From the NCBI GenBank assembly GCA_977862235.1, contig OZ374566.1:434001-498000 (forward strand): a stretch of DNA of 64,000 nucleotides, read 5' to 3'. The DNA is from Dudresnaya verticillata. Taxonomy: Eukaryota. Below are positions 55,533 through 64,000 of the stretch, in pieces. The position numbers and the translations under genes are program-made. How positions within the stretch are numbered: the first letter of the stretch is position 1; every line of letters begins with the position of its first letter. Below the pieces are notes generated by a model. The model was not told the DNA's origin. It did not search any database and saw only the letters and a list, made by a program, of their open reading frames with translations.

Positions 55533-56372
55533 TCATCGCTTCTTGTCCTTCTTGGACTTTCGACGCTTTCTGCTCTCCTTTTCGATTCCCCCAGCCACGT
55601 GCAACGCTTTCGCTCCCTTTCTCGCCTTCCTCTCCTTCCTAGCCTTTCGTTCCTTCTTTCGCACCTTCTTCATGTCATCCGAATCCTTGTCACTACCCTC
55701 ACGTGAAAAACTTTCCGCTGCTGCCTCCGTCGGTGCATCGTCCACTTGTCCCTCCACCAATTTGATTTCCGTCTTTGGGCATTTCTTGCGATTTGCTGCC
55801 TTCACAGAAGCCTTGAGCTTCTCCTCCTCCGCGGAACCGTCGCCGCTGGCCGTCTCCTTATCAGCACCGTAAGCCTCCTCTCGCTCACTGCGTAATTCTC
55901 GTTTTTCACCGCATTCTGCCTCACTGCCACCAAAATCGCTGCTACCTGCACCCTGAGGCATATTCTGCGTCCCCCCAAAAATCTCGGCAAGGTCGGCGCG
56001 TGAGTAGTTGCGCACGTCCTTGCCAGCGACCCTCCGCCCATAGTAGCCTCTTTTCTTCGCATGCTTCTCACTCTTTCTGGACGGCGGTTCGTCAGCCGCT
56101 GAGTCATTTCCCTTCGAAACCGGGGCAAGACCCGCGAGGACGCTGTTGAATCCTGCAGCGACCTCGCCTGGAGCGTCCCACACATTTCGCACGTTGGCAC
56201 CGATACCAGCCGACGTGGAGCGCTTACGCATACGGATGTGCTCCTTGGCACCATTCTCCTTCACACCCAGGCCCTTCCCCTCCTTCCAGCCCATCTTCTG
56301 CAGCATGCGGTAGCCGAACTTCTCCTTGTCGTTCGCCCAGTGCTTATTCTGCGTGTCCAGTAGCCCCGCCAT
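55533..56372 (-). CDS. PINX1: G-patch protein PinX1/Pxr1 (ribosome biogenesis)
   Basis: WANDKEKFGYRMLQKMGWKEGKGLG..GIG G-patch, FNSVLAGL, GKDVRNYSRADLAEIFG and a KKE-rich tail. ATG 56372. Confidence 0.92.
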   Translation of the reverse strand: MAGLLDTQNKHWANDKEKFGYRMLQKMGWKEGKGLGVKENGAKEHIRMRKRSTSAGIGANVRNVWDAPGEVAAGFNSVLAGLAPVSKGNDSAADEPPSRKSEKHAKKRGYYGRRVAGKDVRNYSRADLAEIFGGTQNMPQGAGSSDFGGSEAECGEKRELRSEREEAYGADKETASGDGSAEEEKLKASVKAANRKKCPKTEIKLVEGQVDDAPTEAAAESFSREGSDKDSDDMKKVRKKERKARKERKARKGAKALHVAGGIEKESRKRRKSKKDKKR

Positions 56373-56770
56373 GGCTGCGCGTGACGTCTCCGCGAGACGG
56401 ATGTGCACCAACTCGAATTCGCGAGGGCAAGGCAGATACAAAAGCAGCGCTATTGCGCCCACAGTCTTTTAACTGTTTTCGCAGTCTGGGTCAAGAAGGC
56501 ACAGAAACAAAAACGAATCCCGTGGACGAAGAGGGAGGGCGCCGACGGCGGTGGCAGGCGGCTCTGTGTCGTTGGTGCGCCATTACAGAACTGGTACGGC
56601 GAAACATCCAATGAAAAGAGAGAACGTGAAGAGAGTCTATTATAGGCCAATAGCACGAAAGATCCGGAAAAGCTTACAGTAATGGCGCCCGCCATATCCT
56701 ACGCAAAGGCCGCCCGCATGAACCAAAACGAGCTCACGCGACGCGCGGCTCTGTCCCTGCTGCAACGGCG

Positions 56771-56838
56771 GCGAAACGAAAGCAACGTCGGCAAAACGAA
56801 AGCAACGTCTGCGAAACGCAACGAGCGAAACGCAACGC
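56771..56838 (+). repeat. Short tandem repeat (2 x 20 bp + 2 x 14 bp, GCGAAACG core)
   Basis: gcgaaacgaaagcaacgtcg gcaaaacgaaagcaacgtct gcgaaacgcaacga gcgaaacgcaacgc. Confidence 0.75.
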
Positions 56839-56922
56839 CTCCTCTTCACCCTCTCAACGAAGCGAAAGCAGCCTGCAAGAAATTCAGAAGGAGGCAGTCA
56901 CTGTGCTTCGTATGCAAGCGCG

Positions 56923-57666
56923 ATGGGATCCGGAAAGATCTCCACCTGTTTCTCGGTGGCACCGTCGCCATCTCAGCTGCTGAACCCTCAACGAGCGCTT
57001 TACACGAGCCCGGCGCGCGCTGCACGGTCCCGGCATCAAGTCCAACGGACGCGACGGGCCACGCCAGTCGCGAAGGTGGTGCGGGGGAAGAAGGCCGACT
57101 CGCCTGCAGCCGAACGCGGGCTGCAGCTAGAGCGGAGGAGCCTGGAGACAGAGACGCGGAACAACCGATCGCTGCGCGCGCGGCGGTGGACGACGCTGGG
57201 CGAGATCGACGCGGCGTCGAGTTCGGCCGAGCAGGACGCGCGCGTGGACGTCTCGGTGCTGGCGCGGCGGGCGGGGCACAACTTCCACGTGCTGGGCGCC
57301 GCGCAGTGCCAGCTGGCGCGCACGTGCGACCGGTGCAACGCGCAGTACCAGGCGGACTGCACCGGGCGGTTCGAGGTTTGGCTTGTGGCGCAGGGCGAGG
57401 TGGACGGCGCTGAGGCGGTCGAGGAGTTTGGAGTGGGCGTGCCGGAAGTGGACCTCGGCGAGCATGTGCGTGACGCAGTGCTGCTTGGCGTGCCGACGAA
57501 GAGCCTTTGCTCTGTGGAGTGCCAGGGCGTCCCCGAGGTCAGTGGGGACTTTGGGACGGTGCGGTATGCAGGGCAGGCTGGTTCGACTGCTGGGAACGCG
57601 CTTGGGGAGCTTGGGCGGGCGATGAAGCGCGGGCGCAAGGATGCGAAGGACGCGGCCGGCGGGTAG
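56923..57666 (+). CDS. DUF177/YceD family protein (large-subunit rRNA accumulation), plastid-targeted
   Basis: LARTCDRC and VDLGEHVRDAVLLGVPTKSLCSVECQG. Transit-like N-terminus. Confidence 0.88.
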   Translation: MGSGKISTCFSVAPSPSQLLNPQRALYTSPARAARSRHQVQRTRRATPVAKVVRGKKADSPAAERGLQLERRSLETETRNNRSLRARRWTTLGEIDAASSSAEQDARVDVSVLARRAGHNFHVLGAAQCQLARTCDRCNAQYQADCTGRFEVWLVAQGEVDGAEAVEEFGVGVPEVDLGEHVRDAVLLGVPTKSLCSVECQGVPEVSGDFGTVRYAGQAGSTAGNALGELGRAMKRGRKDAKDAAGG

Positions 57667-58467
57667 GATGGATGTGTTGGATGTGCGATGGGGGCGTTTT
57701 CCTGCTCTACAGCGATGTGATCTTGGCTATTCTGTGATGGAGAGCACGCAATGGGGTGGTTCATGTTGTGTTATCCGTGGCTGCGGGTAACTGTGGGGTG
57801 TGGAGACGGAGACGCTGAGCAGGATAACGTTGAAGGCGATATAAGACACACGTACCGTAGGACACCGAAAGAATATACGGAATTGGAGGCTCCACACACC
57901 TGCTCCAACTTGGAGCAGGTGTGTGCGTGCGTTTGAGTTTGTTCGCGTGCGGCATGAAGGTCGCATGGTCGTATGGTCGCTAACAAGGTGATCTCCCTTC
58001 AAGGTCTGCGGTCCGCGGGAGCATTATTCGGACGCACGCGCGACTGTAAGAAGCGGCGCCGTCGGCACGGCGCGCGGCGGGAATTTGAAGCGGCGCGCCG
58101 TGTGTGGCGCGGAGCGCGCGAGGAGCGTGGCGTATGTGTGGTGCGTTGCCGTTCACGGACTGACGCCTAGCGCGGAAAGGCGTGCCCTGTGCGCACGCTG
58201 CACTCGATTGCCGCTTCCAGGCCGCCCCGCGTCCCGTCACGAGGCCGCACTCTGCGCGTGCGACACAACATCCAACACAGCCGCCCCGTCCCCGCCCGGC
58301 ACCTCCCCCTCCCGCCCCCCGCAACCCACCGCCTTGCTTTTGCAACCTCTGTGCAACCTTTCTCGTACAGTACTACTCACACACAAAAGACATCAACAAC
58401 CTCCCCGGCGACATTCCGACATTCCCCCCGCGCCCCCGCCACCCCCCCACCCACCCACCCACCGCCA

Positions 58468-59691
58468 ATGTTCCCCAACGCCGCCTTCATCCCAGCGACA
58501 CCGCTGCTGCTGCGCCACGCGCGCCCGCTGCGCCCGTCGCTGACGCAGCACCCGCTCGTGCCGCACTTGCCGCACCGCGCCACGCACGCACGCCCGCCGC
58601 GTTTCCCGACGCTATCCGCGGCCACTCCAAGCCCTGCGCGGGCGCGCGCCCGCGCGCGCGCGCCGCCCTCCGCGTCCGTCCCACTCAACCTGGGCCCGCT
58701 GCGCCTGTCCGTCCCGGGCCGCCTTCTGCTGTGCGCCGTCCCGGCCCTGTGGGCCTCGTTCATCGCATGCGCAAAGCTGCTCTACGTCCTGCCGCGCGCA
58801 CTCCCACCCGCATGGTTCAACGCCTCGCGCCTCATCGTGTCGTCGCTCTTCTTCCTGCCCACGCTGCTCACCGAGATCCGTCTTCACCGCCGACGCACCC
58901 CGCCCGCTAGCACCGAGCGTCGCACTATCCCCTCGTTCCTCGTCGCCGGCTTCGAGCTTGGCACCCTCATGTTCCTCGCCAACCTTTTCCAGATCGCTGG
59001 CCTGCGCCACACCGACGCCTCCCGTGCCGCCTTCCTTAACCAGCTCTCCACTGTTATGGTTCCGCTCGCAGCCGCACTGTTTGGCATTGAGGCCCTTTCC
59101 ACCCGAGTCACAGTGGGAGCTGTATGCGCCCTCGCAGGAGTCGCTCTACTCACCATGACTGCCGCCCCGGCCAGTGCCGCTGCTGCTGCTGTGTCTCTCC
59201 CATTCCTTGGGGACGCCCTCGAGATCTGCGCGGCGCTCCTGTTCTCTGCATATGTCCTTCGTGTTTCGCACCATGCCCGCGCCGCCGGTCGGCGCTCCGG
59301 GCCACTCGTTGCAGTCAAGGTTGTGACACAGGCCGTATTGTCTATTGTGTGGCTCGGTGTGCGTTCAATTCTCTCAAGAACTGATACGGCGGCTAAAATG
59401 GCAGCAACCGCTGCCGCTACTGTTGCGTGGACTCCGCTTACTGTGTTGCTGAATGTGTTTTTGGTCCTGTGGGCAGGAGTTTTGGTCAGCGCTACGACTT
59501 CTTGGATGCAGACCAAGGGGCAGGCTGCTGTGTCGGCTAGCGAAGCAGCGATCTTGTATGCCGCGCAGCCATTGTGGGCATGTCTTATCGCAACGCTGAT
59601 GCTTGGAGAGACCCTAGGTCCGACCGGAATGGCTGGGGCAGGCATGATTGTCGCTGGGACAGTTGTCTCGAGCACAGGGAAGGGCAAGTAA
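58468..59691 (+). CDS. EamA/DMT-family transporter, probably plastid envelope
   Basis: About 10 TM segments, QIAGLRHTDASRAAFLNQL, QTKGQAAVSASEAAILYAAQPLWA and LGETLG. Transit-like start MFPNAAF at ATG 58468. Confidence 0.92.
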   Translation: MFPNAAFIPATPLLLRHARPLRPSLTQHPLVPHLPHRATHARPPRFPTLSAATPSPARARARARAPPSASVPLNLGPLRLSVPGRLLLCAVPALWASFIACAKLLYVLPRALPPAWFNASRLIVSSLFFLPTLLTEIRLHRRRTPPASTERRTIPSFLVAGFELGTLMFLANLFQIAGLRHTDASRAAFLNQLSTVMVPLAAALFGIEALSTRVTVGAVCALAGVALLTMTAAPASAAAAAVSLPFLGDALEICAALLFSAYVLRVSHHARAAGRRSGPLVAVKVVTQAVLSIVWLGVRSILSRTDTAAKMAATAAATVAWTPLTVLLNVFLVLWAGVLVSATTSWMQTKGQAAVSASEAAILYAAQPLWACLIATLMLGETLGPTGMAGAGMIVAGTVVSSTGKGK

Positions 59692-60994
59692 TAGCCCGAC
59701 CGTGCTAGGTTCGGGGTTGGAGAGACCGGTTGGTTGACTATTGTATACTAGCTTATTAACAAGTTTGGTTTTGTGATGGATTGCTGCAAGTGCGGCGTGA
59801 CTTGCAATCACTGTTGGGGGATTGGGAGGTGAAGTTTGGAGGGGCGTGTATGGTTCGTTTCAGATAGAACAAGTAGTTTGCTCATATCTCTTTTGTTTAT
59901 TCTCACGTTCGTTGCTCGAGGTATTTTTTGCATTGGGATGACCACAAGCGGATGACTGTTTTAACTTGCACAGTAAAAGTTCGTTGTGTCGAGTCCAGGT
60001 GACGTTCGGCCATTGTATCTTGGATTGAATAGTAAGAGGATAGAAACTGAACATGGTATAGGGACATAGATGGAAAGCTGTGTTTGCATTAGTGATGATA
60101 CCCAGAGCGGCTATTAGTCAGGTCGACTTGTCAGCTAGCTCGGAAGACTCCAAAGTGGACATGCATGGTCCATGAAGAGTCATAGGCAAGCTTTTCGATT
60201 CGCAGACTCGCCGCTGTTTTAGTTATTGTCGCTACGGCAAAGTCGCCAAACCGTTCATCTGCGACTTGCTGGGGTAGGATATCTACGTTTGGAAGCAAAG
60301 CTCGCTAAAAAACGTGGACGAGAGATTGCTGCGCGACCGCCAAATAACCCTCCAGCTCGGGAGTTCAACACCGCAGAAGACAAAGGCCACTGGAAATCTC
60401 CGGCTGCAGATCTTGCCATTAGAAGATATCTACGCATTTGACAGCGGCCCCTGACAGGAGAGTTCGTGCGTGGCCGGTGAAATCTGCTTTATTGTTGCTA
60501 TCCGCAGATCCCTGCCATCTCTGCGGCGGCCACGTTAGGTGAACAGAGAAGAGCCGAGAGCTTTGCGCTGAGCTCCGAGGACGGAGGACTCGTCACGTGA
60601 CCGATGGACCAATATGCGCGGCCGATTTTTTTGATAATTTGATTGCGCATCTCCAATCAATATGCAGAACCGTCACAAAAACAAAATTAAGGACATAGCA
60701 GGCAAACAAACAAACAACAATAAGCACGGCGACCACAGCACTGTCACCCCCGGTCCACTGGATAGTCCACCAGGGTCTCGCGAACTGGTCCAATAAAGCC
60801 GACACGTTCGCTTTCTCTGTAAGCAACATGCCACCGCTCATATCCGACGGACACATCAATGGGACAGGGTTCGCCAATTGAGCTCAGCTCTGCCTGCTTC
60901 TGGCGGGAACAAAGGCGACTCGCACCAGGCCCGGTTGGACTCGGACGGTTGCGGCACGAACAGCACCATTCCCGCGTAATGCTCACCTCGCCCC

Positions 60995-61444
60995 ATGCAG
61001 CAAGTCCATCTGCTCTACGCCGCGCCACCCACGCACACGCTGCACCTGCTGCACCACGCGCTCTCGGGGCTGCCGTCCACGACGCCGCACGTGCACGCGC
61101 GCGTGGTGCTGTGTCCGCTGGGGTCTGCCGCGGCGACGGCGTACGACGTGCTGCCGCGAAACCCGACGGACCCGCGCGTGCTGCTGGCAATGCTGGCCGG
61201 GCGGTGCGTGCCCGCGCGCGCGCGCGCGCGACCGCTCGCCTGGCCGCCGCGCCGCCTGCGCCACTCTGCTAGGCGCGTCGGGCTTGTCGCGGCGGATGGC
61301 GCCGCCGTGGCAGACTGGGTCCGAAGCTACCGCGGATGCGACTGCTCGGCGCCGCCTGGCATCGCGCTTTATCGACGGAATTGCTCGCATTTTGCGGATG
61401 AGCTTGTGGATAGACTCCATGCGGGCGAGTTTGCGCCGCGGTGA
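60995..61444 (+). CDS. Permuted papain-fold-like (PPPDE/NC-motif) protein
   Basis: His strand (HVHARVV), D.LP.NP..P....MLAG..VP and C-terminal LYRRNCSHFADELV, resembling the NCxxF motif. An in-frame stop at 60977 makes ATG 60995 the start unless an upstream exon exists. Confidence 0.68.
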   Translation: MQQVHLLYAAPPTHTLHLLHHALSGLPSTTPHVHARVVLCPLGSAAATAYDVLPRNPTDPRVLLAMLAGRCVPARARARPLAWPPRRLRHSARRVGLVAADGAAVADWVRSYRGCDCSAPPGIALYRRNCSHFADELVDRLHAGEFAPR

Positions 61445-62027
61445 CTTGCGGGTGCGTAGGGCGGCTACGGTTGAATGATTTCTTTTCGAGAAGCTTTCGG
61501 TGCACTGCAAGCTTTGAAACCCGACTTTTCCGCCTTTTGCGTTCCGCGGCGGCGCTTTCGTTTCGCGAGGCTTTCGTCTCGCGTGGCTTTCACTTCGGGG
61601 CACTGCGCTTCGATGCCATTTCTGTTCACCGCCCTGCCGCCCATTGCATATCGTTTCGCTGCTCTTCAACTGGTTGCGTTTCATTGCATTTGACTCGTTC
61701 CGTTCCGTTTCGATGCCGTGGGCTCGGCACGTGTCGCTTTAATGCTATGCGACCCCTTGGCCCACCGGCGACTCACATTTCGCCTCATTGAGCTCTCAGA
61801 GAATCCTTCGTCTCAGATCCTTCCATTTCGCAATGTTCACACTTTGGTTGTACCATAAGCAGTTGGTTCCTAGCTTTGAAGCTCTGCAGCTGCATGTTGG
61901 AAGAGCCTCCATTGTCCACCTGGCCAATCCACGCTAAATCACATGCATATCTTTATGCTCGCAAGTGCCTCGCAGCTTGCACACAGTGTCCAAACACCCC
62001 CGACTCACAAGACACTCTTTAGGTCTT

Positions 62028-63119
62028 TCATAGTCTGAATCGCTCCAGCGCAGCAGTGAGTGCCTGTTCATACCCACGGAGATCCCATTCCTGAAAGCAA
62101 CAAAAAGTTACCTTGATCTCACTCCCAGTGCATAACTTGTGTGTTATCACAGTATCCACTGCAATCCCTGCGGCACGTTCAAACGGAAATCTATATACGC
62201 CGGTGCTAATAGCTGGAAACGCGATTTTCCAGCACCCGTGCTCATCCGCCAGCCTCAAACTAGTCTCATAGCAGCTTCGCAGCAGCTCTTCTTCGTCATG
62301 TCCGCCACCACGCCAGACTGGGCCAACCGTATGTATCACGTATCGTGCACTGAGCTTATGCCCGCCTGTAATCTTTGAGCGTCCCGTCTCGCAACCACGC
62401 AGTGCCCGGCACTCCTCCTTTAGCCCCGGGCCGGCCACTCGGTGTATCGCTCCGTCCACTCCGCCACCGCCCAAGAGTGCACTGTTTGCTGCGTTTACGA
62501 TTGCGTCGTGGTCTAGCCTGGTTATGTCACCCAACATTGCGTCGACCTCTTCGAAAGCCTTCATGGCAGGTGTCCGGCTACTTTCTGCTACCTGTCGTTG
62601 CCGGGCCACTTCTTGTTCATACCACTGCAGCGTGTCTGGGAACTGCTCATCTTCGCAGAGAAACGTCACATTCATGCTGCGGTTCGTTATGAGGAACCTC
62701 GCAACTTCAAAAACAGCAACTGCGATAGCTTTCTTCTGCGTGGCCATGTCTTGGGCATTGACGATATCCGGGAAGGCGATACGTGTGCACGAGTGACGCG
62801 CAGCGAGAGCCAAACACGACCGATAACATTTCACAAGCTGTTTCTCTTCGTCATGATCTCCAGAATGCCAACCTGGCGCAACAGTGAAAATGACGTTTTC
62901 TGACGGCAGGTTGAACCCTGGTGTGATGCAGGCTTCTGCAACTTCGCAACTTCCGAAGCGCTCGCATGCACGGCGGAGTTGCGAACCAGCTGCTTCATGA
63001 ACAGCGTACGTCAGCACTCTGCCTTCGAAACTCGGGTCCGTTGGGACAATGATAGCGTCCTGCTGTGTCTTGGTCAGCTGCTGTCGCGAGATATTGATGC
63101 GGTCTAATCGACTTGACAT
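62028..63119 (-). CDS. Tandem macrodomain protein (MacroD/YmdB-like ADP-ribose hydrolase)
   Basis: The C-terminal domain has [29 protein letters not shown] and FPAISTGVY. The N-terminal domain is a degenerate copy ([32 protein letters not shown]). ATG 63119. Confidence 0.93.
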   Translation of the reverse strand: MSSRLDRINISRQQLTKTQQDAIIVPTDPSFEGRVLTYAVHEAAGSQLRRACERFGSCEVAEACITPGFNLPSENVIFTVAPGWHSGDHDEEKQLVKCYRSCLALAARHSCTRIAFPDIVNAQDMATQKKAIAVAVFEVARFLITNRSMNVTFLCEDEQFPDTLQWYEQEVARQRQVAESSRTPAMKAFEEVDAMLGDITRLDHDAIVNAANSALLGGGGVDGAIHRVAGPGLKEECRALRGCETGRSKITGGHKLSARYVIHTVGPVWRGGGHDEEELLRSCYETSLRLADEHGCWKIAFPAISTGVYRFPFERAAGIAVDTVITHKLCTGSEIKVTFCCFQEWDLRGYEQALTAALERFRL

Positions 63120-64000
63120 TTCGCCTTTCACCAGGATGGCCTACTGCCGCGCACAACAGTAGCTCTTTGCACGGGAACTCTCCGAATTCAGGAAACAGCT
63201 AGACAGCATCCCTGTTCGCCTCAAGACTACAAGCTGCCCCTCTAGACCTCTGCTGGCACGGGGTTATTGTTGTGCGCCTACTGTGCATCTTCTGTGCCGT
63301 AGATCGCCAGGACTCTTGAAGAGGCACTAATTATGAGACAAGGCCCCGCAGCCAACAAGAACGCAATGATTTTTTTGCTGGCATGCTAACTCGCCCCTTC
63401 TCATGGCTGTACTGCAGTGTTCGCACCAATCGGATTGTATAGTAACATGTTACCATCAACTACGGTTTTTCGAAGCCTTCCGTCTACACGCTCACCCCGC
63501 AAAGGAAGCCAAATACATACACATGATGCTAGGCATCGAGCGTCGAAATGTGTTTGAAGTACACTGTAGCCAGCGAACTGCGATATCGAGCTCTTACCGA
63601 CAAAGGAGAGCCAGGTTACGGCCCCTACGCGTCTCCCTGCCCGATTGCTATGGTTGCTGTACATATCGGGATAGAAAATGAAACAATTGTGGAAAGTTTA
63701 TGTCCAGCGCCAGTATGTCCAGCAGCAGGCGAAGTTATTGATGCAAAACAAGCTGTGACGTTCTTACTCGATTGCATAGCATGCTGATATATAGATAGAC
63801 TGTTAGGATGTGTACATGGTAATAAGCCGTAGTCGAGGAAAACACATCACACCTTAAATCGTGCATAAAAGTACCATGACACTATCAGCCCTTGCCAAGT
63901 TTTCCGAAAACAGCACTTCCAGCCACTGGCTGGGCTGGCAGCCAGCTCACGGCTCTAGTCTTCTACCGAGCGTGATACCGTCACGCAAGAGGATTCCCTC

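Noticed and set aside
1..64000. CRISPR array, operon-like prokaryotic system, or prokaryotic origin of the window
   Set aside because: No regularly spaced repeat-spacer array. Spliceosomal introns, transit peptides and eukaryote-specific genes (F-box, ORP, HORMAD, PinX1) show nuclear eukaryotic DNA. Bacterial-type genes mostly carry organellar targeting leaders.
63132..64000. Short ORFs at the right end
   Set aside because: No recognisable product or coding signal.

Overview
Eukaryotic nuclear DNA, most likely from a red alga (inference). Support: genes are compact and mostly intronless, with only 7 short GT-AG introns (95-169 nt) reconstructable in 4 of about 33 genes. There are several plastid transit peptides (two start MAF), a CP12 lacking its N-terminal cysteine pair, and a pullulanase with no transit peptide, as expected for cytosolic floridean starch. 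Recognisable genes: NADPH-thioredoxin reductase, organellar bS6, tandem-SWIB protein, GatB, an SBDS-family protein, UBL-UBL-(BAG), YkgJ, a METTL7-like methyltransferase, DRG GTPase, CP12, DUF1348, a meiotic HORMAD (Hop1/ASY1), GLTP, OSBP/ORP, IF-2, an F-box propeller, a CBM41-pullulanase, trigger factor, OXLD1-like, PinX1, DUF177/YceD, EamA, a permuted-papain-like protein and a tandem macrodomain protein. Several ORFs are orphans. I found no tRNA, rRNA, CRISPR array or intact mobile element, and I cannot demonstrate a complete novel system. Best leads: (i) a divergent orphan pair, a cationic secreted prepropeptide-like gene and a His-tailed membrane protein, sharing a GC island; (ii) a recurrent non-coding pseudo-palindrome TACWGTA near gene starts; (iii) CpG-island-like domains with 5'-3' GC gradients; (iv) a minimal HORMAD with a closure motif and a 9-nt first coding exon; (v) a twin-arginine-signal methyltransferase whose coding end overlaps the convergent YkgJ gene; (vi) a small ORF upstream of the F-box gene. 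All family calls come from motif recognition by eye, not database searches.
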